Shown one piece after another: positions 48,945 to 61,750 of a stretch of DNA of 64,000 bases. The translations under genes and the position numbers were made by a program. Within the stretch, counting starts at the first letter, position 1; each line of letters begins with the position of its first letter. Source of the stretch: Camelus dromedarius (taxonomy: Eukaryota); the NCBI RefSeq assembly GCF_036321535.1, contig NC_087437.1, positions 15,688,001-15,752,000 on the forward strand, given 5' to 3'. The notes beneath the pieces are model-generated. The model ran no database searches. It saw only the letters and a program-made list of their open reading frames with translations, and was not told the origin of the DNA.

Positions 48945-49292
48945 ATCTTGGGGTTGAATTGTGCCCACCCCCCAATTCCTATATTGAAGTTTTCACCTAG
49001 TTCCTCAGATGTGACCTTATATGGAGACAGGGATTTATGGAGGTAATCAAGCGAAAGTGAGGAGGTTAGGGCTGTTCCTAATCCATTAGGACTGGTGTCC
49101 TGATAAGAAGCGGGAATCTAGGTGCAGAGATCTGCGTGGAGGGAAGATGTGAAGGCACAGGGAGAAGACGGCCGTCCACAAGCCACAGAGCAAGGCCTGG
49201 ACCAGACCTCCTCTCGCAGCCCCCAGCTGCCTGTGGGATCCTGCCAGCACCCAGATTCCCCGGAACGGTGAGACCATACATTTCTGTGGGCT
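48945..49292 (+). mobile_element. MaLR MLT1A/B-like LTR
   Basis: GGGTTGAATTGTGCCC...ATGTGACCTTATATGGAGACAGGG...CCTAATCCA...GACTGGTGTCCT. Confidence 0.85.
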
Positions 49293-50697
49293 TTTGCAAA
49301 CTCGTACAGGTGATTTTTTTTTTTTTAGCAAAAAAAAGAACAAACAAAAAACACCTCTCGCCATAATTGCAGGACTCAGTGAATAAGCGGGTATGAGCAA
49401 CTCCTCCTGGGGTCCCAGACAGCTCACCACTAAGTGTCCTGTGGACCAAGTGTCTCCACTAGATGTCTGAGTTGTTGACCTTGGTGTTCTTAGCCTTGAC
49501 CTCTGGCCTGATCGTTTTAAATCATGCTCCGTTCTTAGTGAGCCAGTGAACGCTTTTCTGGCTCCAGGCAGCAAATCTGCTTTTAGTGGGGCATCTCCAC
49601 CACTCACTCCTCATTTCTTAGGGCAGCCCCTCTCAGGGCACCAGGCAGAGTGACAAGGACTGCAGATCAAGGCTTCCCCTTGATGCTCTCTGGTTCGTCA
49701 GGGCAGCCCACGGCTGGCTTCATTTACTGTGTAGAGTGTATTCTGCCGGCACGTGAAAGACTCTCCGGGAGCACGCTGTACAGGGACAGGCAATTTAGCA
49801 GCATATGGTGGAACAGCACCTTCCCACTTGTCATAGTTCAACGAGCCTCTACTTCCAGTCATCTTCAACGCCAAGTTTAAGTCGGCTTCAATGTATGAGT
49901 TCCTGCATTCCCGGTCCTTAAAGGAAAGGGGACCCTTTCTGGTGAGCCTGCAGGCACAAGCCCCAAGTTCAGGTTGGGGCTCCTCTTTCCAAAGCCTTCC
50001 GAGGCCACCTCACTCTGCTCTCCCCTTGAGCACAGCCCCTGGGTCCTTTCATCTCGCCTTTATAGCAAGTGTCTGACAGTACCCGCCTTGTTGCATAGCA
50101 CTGACTCCCTTCTTTGGACCAGGTTCTCATCATCATCCTGACCCCTGTTGCGATCCCTTCCTGTCCTGCCCTGAGACTCCTGCAGCCACTTGCCTGTCAC
50201 TTCTGTGGCATTTACCTCTCACACCTGGGCTGTGTTTCATGTCTCACAAAGGGGCAGCACACAGAATGGGGAGAGGGCTGGCTCCCTCGAACCCACCGTG
50301 AAGGGAACCCTCCCCCATCCCAATGCTTCTTACTCCAGCCACGAAATCAGCCTTTTACTCTCCTGGTTTTCCTTGTGATTGCTTTTCAATTTAGTCTCCA
50401 AATTATTCACCCGACAGAAAGATTCTCTCTCCTCCAAACTCTCTTCATCTGCAGTGACACCTCCGTCCCTGGAGTTATAGTTCTATAAATATCAGTAATT
50501 TGGAGAATAAACTCAGCTCAACTGCTCCGAGGGTACAGCTCTGCTGAGCGTAAACCATCCCCAAGAGTGCTGGCCAGCGTCCTCCAAGCGGTGTTCACGT
50601 ACAGTCATACTTCACCCGGACCCGAGAGTGTTACTATCACTATTATTCAGAATATTCTAGTATTTTTACTCCTTTGAGGCCTCATCATGTGATGGTG

Positions 50698-50883
50698 CAG
50701 TGGTTCTCTAACTTGAGGGAGCATCAGAGCCGCCTGGAGGCTTATAAAAACCAGATGGCTGGGCCCCACCCCCAGCGCTTCTGATGAACGGGTCTGGGAC
50801 AGGGCCTGGGAATTTGCATTTCTAAGAGGTTCCCAGGTGATGTTGATGTTGCTGGTCCAAGAATCACACCGTGAGAGCCGCTG
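50698..50883. mobile_element. MER5A MITE (copy A of an inverted pair)
   Basis: Terminal inverted repeats CAGTGGTTCTC...GAGAGCCGCTG. Confidence 0.88.
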
Positions 50884-50969
50884 TTGGTGGCGCATGCGTA
50901 GGGTAGTAAAATTCTGCCTCATTTGAATGTAGGCTAATATCCTAGAATGACAACAATCAAGTTCATGTT

Positions 50970-51450
50970 GTTCATCCATCAATTCAGTGAATATTTTCTG
51001 ACCACCTACCAGCCACTAGCCAGGCCCTAGGGATGAAATGGTAACGAGGATGGCTGTGAGTCCTGCCCTCACAGAGGACAAGGCAGACCAGCTCTGATGA
51101 TGGAGTGGGCTCAGAACTGCAGGAGGGGAAGGACAGGCTGTTCCTGAAGCTCAGAGCAGGGGCCCCAATCCAGTCTGATGTGTGAGTGAGTGAATAAGGG
51201 AGAAGGGAGAAGTCCTGAAAGGCTTCCTGGAAGAAGTGGCATCTACGCTGGAACTTCAAACAGAAGTAGAAGCGAGCCAGAGGAAGTCAGGGAGGGACGG
51301 TGTTCCAGGTAAAAGAGAGAGCAGCTATAAAGATCTGGGGAGAGCTATAGCATATGAAAATTGGAAGTTCAGGCAGTGGGGAAGGTATCTGTTTGTGAGA
51401 GGAAGAGATGGGGCAGAGAGAGAGCCTGAAGGCTGGAGCTGGCCGTGCTA
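50970..51450 (-). mobile_element. L2 3' region
   Basis: TTCATCCATCAATTCAGTGAATATTT...GAAAGGCTTCCTGGAAGAAGTG. Confidence 0.75.
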
Positions 51451-51466
51451 ACAGGTGATGCCAGAG

Positions 51467-51652
51467 CGGTAGCTCTCCAAGTGTCCTTGGACCAGCAGCA
51501 GCAGCAGCAGCACTCGGGAACTTCTTAGAAATGCAGATTCTTGGGCCCCATATAGACTCTTTGAGTCAGAAACTCTTGGGGTGGGGCCCAGCCATCTGCG
51601 TTTTCATAAGCCCTCCAGGTGGTCTGATGCAGCTCAGGCATGAGAGTTACTT
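51467..51652. mobile_element. MER5A MITE (copy B, opposite orientation) with an internal (CAG)6
   Basis: GGACCAGCAGC...TTAGAAATGCAGATTCT...GGGGTGGGGCCCAGC...CCCTCCAGGTG. Confidence 0.88.
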
Positions 51653-53434
51653 GACTTGAGAAGTGGGCAGAGGCTGGTGAGAGGCCACGTTAGTCCTGTT
51701 AGGGCATCTGGATCAATCCCACAGCACCCAGAGCACAGAATCGTTTCTTGGTAAACACTTGCTTGTTTGAGTGAACAAGTGACAGAATTTAAGCAAAACG
51801 ATCACGTGACCTACTAGCATTTCCAAGGGCTCTCGGGCCAGTGTGGAGGTCATCTGCAGCAACATTTCTGCACATACCTTTATTCTTTTCTCTTCATTGA
51901 ACTAAGGCCTTGAGGTCAGAGTCACATGGGTCAGAAGGTGGAGATACTGGCTGAGCCTGGCTCCCCACGACTTTCAAATATATGTATTAATATACCGCAC
52001 ACCTACAGTAGAATCAGCTCGATCAACTTGTGTGGGAAGAAAGGGAGCTCTGGTCTGTGAGACGTTCTGGACACCTGAGGTTGGACATGCTTATGCTATG
52101 AAAGTCCTTGGGATCAGGGCCTTATTGTGTGTGTGTGTTGGGATCTGTGTCTCCCATGGTTTTCCTCTGCTGACAGCTCTGATGCTGGAGGCTCAGAGAC
52201 GCAGATCTGAGCATCTCTGGAATGCAGGGGAGTCTCTGTGGTACTGACCCAGGTCTTGTTCCTCCTTGTCCTGCACCCAGTTCTGGTGCCTGCCTCTTGA
52301 GGTGGGGGCCATCCTCCACCTTCAGATTCTTGGGACCCTACCCCTCTCTAGCACAAACCCTAGCACCGCTCTGCTGCCTGCCTGCCTGCCTGGATCTTTA
52401 CCACCAGGGCTACCCTGCAGGGACTGCTCTGTTTTATTCTAGAAAGGGCCCTTCCCATCTTCCCTGACCACACTCCCCTGGTGGGGGCTAGCTGGGGAGA
52501 TCTGCCACACTGGCTGGACCAAGGGTGGTCATCCCAGACTGTGCCTGGGCTAATGTCAGGCCAGTTCAGACTCCTCCCTTGAAAATGTGAAAAACAGTCT
52601 GGTTTGGACTGAAGGAGCAGAGCTGTGGTGCAGGGGAAGCAAGGCCAGGACAGCTGTGGGGGCTCGTGCAGTCCAAGTCACGTGGGGACAGAAACCATGT
52701 GCGAGCAGAGGGTGCTGGTCAGGCGACAGGGGGAGCAAGATGACGCAAAGGCGAGGGACAGCAGAGACACCGAGGGGGAAACACGTGCTCACAGCTTCCC
52801 TGCTCCCCGCTGCCTTTAAGTTCCAGTTTTCCTACAGTCTGGTGACCCCCAGTTTCACTCAAAGCATTGGGCAAGCCCAATAGCATTTTAAAAATTAGCT
52901 CGAGAGGTCTGCGTTCTTTGCAGCTCCTTGACCCTCAGTGGGCCTCCCTGTGACTGGTTGTGTGCCTGACTGACTGGTTCTGTCCAGAGGCTGCCCTGCC
53001 CTGTGGACGCGCACCCTGCCCGTGTGGCCTGGGCTGTGCTCCGGAGGACCATCGGGTCTGCTTCCCAGTCCTCTCTTTGAGCTCTGTCTTGCTAGCTCTG
53101 GGCCCAGCGGTGGGAAGAGGCTGGCTGTGGACATGTGCACTCTGCTGTGACCTGGCCTTTTCAACCACTGCGTGGGGAAATGGGCTGCCCAGTGCTCAGG
53201 CCCCAGGCACAGACATAGCCACACCTTATCCCACGTGGCCGGTGTTGTCGTCCAGGTGGCATCTCCCTCTTAGACAAAGAGGCCTCGACTGGAGGCTGAA
53301 TCACAGGCCCCCTGCCACTAAAGGACGGTTTCAGTAGGTTAACTTCATAGACACTTAAACTCAGGCTTGCGGGTTTGGGGAAACGGAGGGCGAGCACTCT
53401 AGCCTCGCCGGCTCCAGCCTTTGGCCCATGTCGT

Positions 53435-53602
53435 CAAGACTGCAGGCTGGCATGTGCCTGTGACGCTGACAGGGCTCCGTGCTCAGGAACAGCCCAGGCT
53501 TGGTTTAATGCTCTGTCATCTTGAGAGTCTTAATAACTGCTTAACAAGGGACCCTGCGTTTTCATTGTGCAAAGGGCCCTGTAAGTGAAGAGGCAAGTCC
53601 AG
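53435..53602. mobile_element. MER91-like hAT-Tip100 MITE
   Basis: GCTTGGTTTAATGCTCTG...TCTTAATAA...AACAAGGGACCCTGCGTTTTCATT. Confidence 0.75.
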
Positions 53603-53719
53603 CAGACTGGGCCCTCTTCTGGCCCTTTCCTGACTCCCACACTGATTATTCCAACTCATCGTCACACGCACAGATCTGGCTCTGATTATGCTAAGTTCTT
53701 GCCACAGGTGGTGTTCTTT

Positions 53720-54230
53720 TTGCTTGTAAGCAAATATTTTTGAGGGCCTACACCAGGCCCTCTTTATTCAAGGAGGAGACAGATTTATAGCTGGAAAATC
53801 AACACGCAGGGACAATTAATCTGGTCTAGCCATGGACAGAGAAGAGCCCTCTTGAAGGCATAGACACATGAGTTGAGTGATGGGTGATTAAAGATTAGTC
53901 AAAGGATGGGGAAAAGATATTCTAGGCGGTTCAGCCTGAGCAAAGATCTGGAGATGTGGATTGCCACAACGTGTGCAGGGAGCTTGAAACACTTAGGGAG
54001 ACACAGTGCGAGGCCAGGAGGGACAGGAGATGAGGCTGGAGGGAGCACCTCGGGCCAGACCAGAGGGTCTTTTATAGACTCAAGGAACTTCGAATCTTTG
54101 GCGCCAAATGGGCAGTCATGGAAGGGTCAGAAACAGGCAGGAACACGACCAGATTTGCATATTGGACAACCTACGGGGGTGGCTGTTCTGTGGCCAATGG
54201 ATTCCAGGCAGCGAGCCTGGAGGGTATCAG
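53720..54230 (-). mobile_element. L2 fragment
   Basis: CAAATATTTTTGAGGGCCTAC...GGAGATGAGGCTGGAGGG...CAGATTTGCAT. Confidence 0.65.
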
Positions 54231-54627
54231 AAACATGCTACCCCATTACTGAGGATTATCTTCAGCTAGTCAGACCTGAATCTCCCAGGAACAGGGCTTC
54301 ATTTGTCCTGCTGCAGGCTTTGCCTACAGATCGTAATTTTGCAAGCCCTGCTTAAAATTTCCGGGAGCTCTAATTAAGGCAATGAAAGGCTTTAACAGTG
54401 TCCAGAGGCATTTTTCCTTCTCTCCCTCCTCACACTGTGCCAGAAGGAGCTGAGAACCTTTCTCTCTTTTCCATCAGCATTGGCATCCCTTCCTAACTGT
54501 GGGCCAGCCCAGGTGCTGGGAGCCCTGGGATGCTGGAAGCCCAGGTACCGAGTATTTACATGGTGGACACTAGGGAGGCGTAGCTTCTCCGAGTGCCTGC
54601 TCGCTGGAAAATGGCATTAAGCAGGTA

Positions 54628-55075
54628 GTGTGCTGCGGGGGACAGGAGTCTAAGGATGTCTCTCAATGTCCTTGTCCCCTGGCTACTCAACCCAACATTC
54701 ACCTCAGTGCTGATGTGAAGGAACTTTGCAGAGGCATTAAGGTTGGTACTCAGCTGGCTTTAAGACAGGGTGGTTATCGGGTTGTCTAGATGCCCCCCAT
54801 GTAATCAAATGAGACTTAAAAGCAGAAGAGGGTCCCAGGAGAGAGTCTCAGCACGAGAAGGGTCCGGTGCACTGTTGTTTGCTCTGAGACAGCGGGGCCG
54901 TGTACCGGGACCACAGAGGTTTCTATGCATTAGAGGAGCACGGGCTGACAGCCAGCGAAGAAACGGGGACCTCAGTCCTGCAAACCCAAGGAACTGGATT
55001 ATAGTGACAACCTGACTAAGTGTGCCCCCCTCTCCTCACCCTGCCAGAGCCTCCAATAAGAATCCAGCTGTCTGT
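54628..55075 (+). mobile_element. MaLR MLT1D/E-like LTR
   Basis: GGAACTTTGCAGAGGCATTAAGG...GCTGACAGCCAGC...GGGGACCTCAGTCCTGCAA. Confidence 0.78.
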
Positions 55076-55269
55076 GGCTTTCTAAACAAAACAGGCCTCC
55101 AAGCCAGGCCAGGAGTTTAGGCTTGGAGACTCACGAGGAAGGATAGCTTTGGGTGGCCCTGTGGTGAGGGAGTTGTGCCTGTGGGCGGGCTCTGACGCTG
55201 GCTGAGAAACAGGCACAGGAGTGTATTATTAACTGACTGTAAGTTTCATGAGATGCACTGCTACGTATC

Positions 55270-55595
55270 GCAGTAGCTCTGAGTGTGGAAAAGCAAATCC
55301 TTGGGCCCCACCGCAGACTTGCTGAATCAGAAAGTCTCAGGGTGAAGGTGGAAATCTGTGGTTCACCAAGACCTCCAGGTGGTCCTGCGACTGGCTCGCG
55401 TTTGAGGACCACTGGAGTCACGCTAGTGCGGTAACTCTCTAACCCCGGCTGTGTGCCAGGTGCCACTGGGATGCTCCTAACACGATCACTGCCTAGACCC
55501 TATGGCAGACCAACTGACTAAAAATGTCTGGAGTGGGGCTGAACATTTGTAATTAAGTTCCCCCTGCAACTCTAATGTACATTGAGAATTGCTAC
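55270..55595. mobile_element. Two adjacent MER5-family MITEs
   Basis: GCTGAATCAGAAAG...TTTGAGGACCACTG, then CTCTCTAACCCCGGCTG...TTGAGAATTGCT. Confidence 0.65.
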
Positions 55596-56157
55596 CCAGG
55601 TGCTTAGCACGTAATTGATGCTTGATAAATATTTCCCGACTGGATAGATGGTTGAACAATAATAATCTCTGAAAAATCCTTGATATTAGTAACCCCAGAG
55701 GAGTAACCCCGAAGCCTGACCATAAGCACCTCAGGAGCTGTGGGGGAGGGAGGGACGCCAATCAGCCTTGGTCCTGGTTGTCATCTTCCTCTCTGAGCAC
55801 TTTTCTGACCTCCCACCTGTCCTACTTCAGTTTACCCAAAAGGGGTGAGAGGAGATGTAGGTATAAGATGAGAGCTTACAGTTATTTCTAGGCCCTCTTA
55901 CATCACTCTTCAGCCCGAGGGCATGGAGTGCAATGGGCTCATTTCTGAGACCTGGGGGAGCTGTGTTACACCAGCTCCTCCACCACCTTTCAGAGTTGCT
56001 TCTCTGTCACTTCATTGATGTGCAGAGTCAGCATGTCAAGGCTACTTTCCTTCCCATGGGATTGCTTTCCCCATTAAGGTAAGCAAGTATGTGACTGGTT
56101 CTTGTCTTTTTTGTCCAAATAGCTATCCTTCTCCTGCAGGTGGATAACAGAGATACC

Positions 56158-56330
56158 AGGTCATTCTCAAATCTGGTTGCCCATCAAAATCTCCTGGATA
56201 GGCGGGTGACAATTCACACTGCTGGGTCCCAGATAGACCCACTAAATCAGGATGTTCAATAGTTGAGCTTTGAATAGAACCTCCAGGAGATTCTGATGTC
56301 GCCATTCCCTGGGAGTTTGGGAATCACTGC
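56158..56330. mobile_element. MER5B-like MITE
   Basis: CATTCTCAAATCTGG...CTCCAGGAGATTCTGATG...TTTGGGAATCACTG. Confidence 0.7.
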
Positions 56331-59300
56331 CTCCTAACATACTCTTGGCAAAGCTATGCTCTTTCTTAAAAAAAGTTCTCGAGATTATTAAACATAAACT
56401 AGCTTTAGCAAGAAGATTGCATCCAAAAAGGTGGATGAGAGTGAAAATTAAAGACTTGTCAATGCTTTGCAACAGTTACAATTCTTTCCATGACTTTCCA
56501 TTTCTTTTTCACTAATCTGATTCCAGTCTCAGGATTTTGTGGGAATTCTCATCCTAACCTGATCTCAGAATTTAATCGTCCCCTTGTGATTTGAAGGCAT
56601 CAGACTAGTTTGTTATCAAACACCATTCAAAATGCTGTTTCTTTTCCCCCTTCCCAGCCTCAGTCATTGGTTAACTGTAACGTAATTGCTGAGGGGTGAC
56701 AGAATTCACCTCCCCACCCACGGGGTCTTTGCCATTTTCTCTCTTAGCTCCCACTGTCCTCTTGTCAAGCGGCAAAGGAAAACTATAAATAGTTAATGGT
56801 ATCGTCAGGCCCACCCCTGAGTTCTCCTCTTGTCTGTTTTGTCTTAATCACAAGTACAAGGGCTAATTAGCTTCCAAGTCTTTCAAAGTTACAGATTGTG
56901 TGGATGCTAATTTGGAAAACAATGAGAAGATTTACATACCAAACATTTTCCTCTTGACTCCCTTAGCAACCATCCCCAAACTTGAGTCGAAATTATCAAC
57001 CCATGTTGGCCAGAAGGCAATTGTAGGAATACATTTGGACAGATGCTAACAAGAGTTACCCACATCCTGGCTTCCATTCCTGGGCGCTGAGCCTCCCAGC
57101 AGGGTCAGGTCCTGAAGGCAGGGCAGCCCAGCCTCCTGCTTCCACACCATCAACTCTGCTGGCTTCCTGAGTCCAGCCAAGACAGGTTTTACTGTCCTTT
57201 CTCCAGGCTGAGTGAGGCAGGCCGACTGAAGGACTAGCCGAGACTCATCCATGCCCATCTCCACCCCCACGAGGCACCAGATCGAGGAGACCTCATTTTC
57301 TCTTCCAGTTCTTGGCCACTGACACTTGAGAAATAGCCAGAATATTCTTCAAGCCCTGTGCACTCTGGATCCTCGACTTAGGGGGGTCCATCTCAGGGAG
57401 GAGGTATTTACAGATGTGCTGATGGGGTCAAGTTACAAACATCTCCATGGGGAAAGGGATCCAGCCATCCAGGGCGGTGGGTGGAAGCAGAGGTGGGTGC
57501 ACGGAGTGGAGGCATCCCGGCTGGGCCCGTCTGAGACGTGAGTCTTGGCTGCCTGTTGCCTCTCCCCCAGAGGAGGGGCGGGCATTGTGCTCTTTCGGTG
57601 CCAGGAGAGGAGGTGGATGGGAGAAACCTGACCCCTGAATGCCAGATGCCCAGTGCAGCTGATGCATGGCTGGATCCTCTTGCCAGACTTGGCTGGCCTT
57701 CCTCTCTGTTCGGGGCAGCATTAAGAAGATTGATTTCTGTTAGCCAGCCATAATGGGAGACAGTGATGGCTGTGAGGGAGACACTTGGCTTGTGGACATC
57801 TTGTCTGGGTGCCAGTCACTTCGGGGGAGAGCACTTGACAGAGAGCCAGGCCAGGCTCCTCTTCAGCTTCTTGCCGATCTGCTTTCTCTCCTCCCCTCCC
57901 CCTTCTCTCTTACCCTCCATTTCTTCCCTCTGTCCCTTCCCACCATCTCCCTTGCAGTCTGGGAGCTGCTCCACGTGGAATGGGTTCAGAGCCACTCTTG
58001 GCTTTGCATGTGGGGTGCTTGCTCACCTTGATTCTCCCCATTGTGTCCCTGCCAAGGGTGCACGTGGGGTGTGGCCTCTGCAGCTTCCCGATGACATTCC
58101 CAGACTGCCCTCAGGCTCATGCACAGAGTGCAAGCATTGCCTTGTGATGCTTGATCCCTCCCAAGAGGCATCAGAGAGCTGGGCCACCTCAGGAGCCAAA
58201 GGGTTGTTTCCAGCTCAACTGTGACTCAGTTGCAGCCCTCTCAGGTGATGAGGAGGGGATTTGGCTTCTGGTATGTGGAGACAGGTATCCAGGCTGGTGT
58301 TACCAAGGCACTGTGGTGAGTGATTCTCTCCTGGGAAGGGGTCTCCAGATTCCAAAGCATGGGTGGCAGCTGTGCCCAGAGCCCCCTGGCGCCCAGAAGC
58401 CCTTGCAGTGTGCTTGCCAGCCCCAGCCTCCCACCAGTGCACGAGTGCTCATAGAGATGGCAGGGCTGCCCGGAGTCAAAGGCTGGCCAGGTGCAGAGAA
58501 ACTGTGCAGCTTTCTCGTTCTCTTCCTCTATCCTGGCTGCAAGACATTGCTCCTGTCTGCTGCCACAGGTCTGGGGCCAAGGCCTCAGGAAAGACAGGAG
58601 CCTCAGCCTCCACGTCGATGGGCCATCTGGTGGGTTCCTCTCCTGCCAGCGCCAGTCGCCCTTGGAGCAGGCAGGGCCCTCTCCACATGGCATGGCTGGG
58701 AGCGACGTTTAGGGAAAATTCTCTCAGCCTGGGTGAACGGCATCCATAGATCCAAGTCCACTTTGAGCATTAAGTTCCCAGTGCTGCTGCTGTTAGCGGG
58801 TAGGGGAGGGAGAAGGGCGAAGTGCACCCTGCCATGCTCCCCCTGGTCCGAGGTGTACCCCTCAGCATGCCACCTCCATGAACAAGACATACAGAATCTT
58901 ACCTCAGAGCAAATGGGGCTCCGCATGAATGCATGCTGCCCATCTTACCAACCTCATGTCCTATGCTCTTGGCTACTGGCTCCTCACAAGGCTTCAGCCC
59001 CACTGCCCTGCCCTCTCCCTGACATTTCTGTCTCCTTCCCCTGATTGAGTGTCTTGTGCTCACAGCTGCCCTCCCCGGTGGCCCTGGGGGATGCACGCTC
59101 CTCATCCCACCAGTCATCACCCTCTGTGTGCAGTGTTTTACTTTGGTTTCTGGCTGGCATCCTCTGAGATGATATTATTGCATTTGCTTCGTCCTTAGAG
59201 GGGAAGGTCTGTCTCTTATGTAATTTTACATCCACTAGGACAGGGACTTTCTGACCTGTCATTGATTCCCCAGCACCCGCCATGTGGCTGCGTTGGTTTG

Positions 59301-60436
59301 CAAACTGACCCCAGTACAGGGAGGGTAACTCATTGCTTTTGCAAGGCTGCGTCCTCAAAACAGTTCCTAGTGTGGGACAGTGGGCAGAACGTACATTCCG
59401 AGGACGGGGGTAAGGATGAAGAGCCTCTGAGTGCCAGGGTCAGCTCAGGGATCAGCTGGTGGTCACATCCTCCCGGGGACCTCCTCCAACAGGCTGTCGG
59501 CGTACTCGCCTCCACTCTTGTTCTCCGCCACGGGCTCCCTGGGAGACGCTGGTACCCGCGTTCCTGCTCATTCCCTTGTGCTAAGTCATGTCGCCAAGAA
59601 ACGACACAAAAAATGTACTCTCCAATTCAGCACACAAACTCAAAACTTAACTTCGCTCCAGGCAGTGTGATAGCATACTAATGTAATCCACAAGTACCTT
59701 GTCAGGAGAGCGAGTCCTGTAAAATGAATGACGCTTTTGTTCCACCGAACCCCCTGATGGGCTCTTGTCCACATGGGTCGCCTAGAGCTGAGGCCACAGA
59801 GAGGGTCCCTGGGGTGGGGCGGCTGAAGAACTCTGAAGAATAGGGACTTGCAATCTTATCTGAAGCCACCTGTGTTTCTACCAAGTTAACATCTCCCTCC
59901 CCACTGCTGAGTCCTCGGAGAAATCCACCTCACACACACATGCTGTGTGAGGGCAGTGAGTGTGTGTCTGGCTCAGTTTGGTGCCCAGTGGCGATGTCGT
60001 GGAGGTCCAGGCATTGAACTCACGAAGCGGAGACAAGCGAGGGGCTGGCACTGAAGGCGTTCCCACCGTGATCACATTTCCTCGGCCCTGGGACATCAGT
60101 CATGGTGGCCTGACTTCCAGCTGCCAGCATTGGGGCCCCAGGCCTTTCTCTGGGACCTTGGAAGGGTGGCCTGGCTGAACTCGAGCAGCTGGAAGTGCTG
60201 TGACGTTGAAGCACCCCCACCTTGGCAGCCCGAACCAGTGTCTGTTGGGAAGTGGTGTATAAAGACCCCTGCTTCCCTGCCCCTCGGGTGTGTATTCTAC
60301 CCTGGTTTCCAGATTCCCCCGCAGTGTTACTCCCCGGTCCCCCGCGGTGGTGCCGGTTTGGCAACACGCCCTCACTGGTTGCATCTCTTCCATTGCCTCA
60401 CTTTCCCCCTCACCTCTCCAAGCTTCCTTCCCCTCC

Positions 60437-60870
60437 TGTAGGAGTGAGGTCCCTGGAAGCAGAGCCTGAAGCAGGGTCTTGGTCAAGTGACTTAGCGGGG
60501 AAGAGGGAACAGAAGAGGAGAGAGGCTGCAGTGAGGCAGAGGATGGAGCTGAGCAGAGCTGTGGTCTGGGCTGGAGACTGGCTTCAGCCTGATCCCTTGG
60601 GGAGCACAGACTGTTCCACAGAGTTGGTCCCCTCTGGAGTCAAGGTCGCTAGCCTTTTGAACCTCCATTTCAGTTAGTTACTTCCTGAAGATTGCTCTGA
60701 GGGGTGGGAGTGGGTGGGTATGCCCCCCACCCCCAGCTGAGGCAGTGCCCATTTGGCCAAAGGCAAAGTTCCAGAAAAGGGCTCAGCTGTGAGCTGTTCA
60801 CAGCCAGCGCTCACGGCTGGAGGATGGGTGCCCTGGCCAGTGGGGGCAGGGCGTCCAGTGCACCTCCACG
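60437..60870 (-). mobile_element. ERVL LTR33-like LTR
   Basis: CCCTGGAAGCAGAGCCTGA...CAGCCTGATCCC...CAGCTGTGAGCTGT. Confidence 0.65.
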
Positions 60871-61429
60871 CGGGCTTGTGTTTTAATCTGTCTCAGGGTC
60901 TGATTCTGGGGAACGGAATGAGAAACAGGTTTACTTAGACCTCCAGGAGAAGGGAGGCCTCAAATCTCTTGAGAGTATATTCAAGTTCCCATATGTCTGT
61001 TTGTTTCTGGAGGCTGCTTCGGATAACTGGTGGAGTTAATCAGACAGTGACCTCCTCGCTCTCCATCACTCATTCTGTGTGGAACAGTACCTCTCATTCT
61101 GGAGAGACCTGGCCCCTCTTTTTCGGTTTCTTACTGTCATTCGGCTGTGGATGTGGGGTGTCTGCCTGCCTGAACCCCTCTTCTCTGAATCAGATCTACA
61201 CAGTGAGCACTAACAGCTGAAATGGCAAAGATGTTAAATATTACTGACCTGACCAGTGTTTTACCTGCAAGCCCCCTCCCCTCCCGTGAGCCTGTGGTGT
61301 TGCAGGACTGGGTCTCTGACTCGCCTCCCCTGTGTGGCAGCCCAGACCCTCTGGACACCCGGTACCTCGACCCACCTCCGTGTGACCTTGACACCCACCT
61401 AATCCCTGACAACCCTTGGCCCCAGAGAG

Positions 61430-61750
61430 CCACATTCTGTTTCACACAGTTCCAGTCATCAGCTGGCTAAGGTAGAAATAGAAGCTATATATTCTCTAAT
61501 AAACACATTAAAAAGGTAAAAGAAACAGAGGAAATTCACTTCAATATAATTTAACCCAATATATTAAACTGTCATTTCAACACATAATCAATATAAAAAT
61601 TATGAGATATTTAACATTTTTTTCACCCTTGATCCTTGGAAGATGGCATACAGTTCAGTATATTTTATACCAAAAGTACATTTCAACTTGGACTAGCCAC
61701 ATATCAAGTGCTCAAGGGGTAACGGGTACCATACTGGAGAGTTTAACTCT
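61430..61750. mobile_element. MER33 hAT-Charlie element
   Basis: CACATTAAAAAGGTAAAAGAAACAG...TTTAACCCAATATAT...GGACTAGCCACATATCAAGTGCTCAA. Confidence 0.82.

Noticed and set aside
51493..51510. (CAG)6 as a coding polyglutamine repeat
   Set aside because: It lies inside a MER5A and derives from its CAGCAGCAT motif.
58151..59044. Longest non-L1 ORF (297 aa)
   Set aside because: It starts at TTG, has the Pro/Gly/Leu-rich composition typical of random GC-rich frames, and shows no recognisable domain or exon structure.
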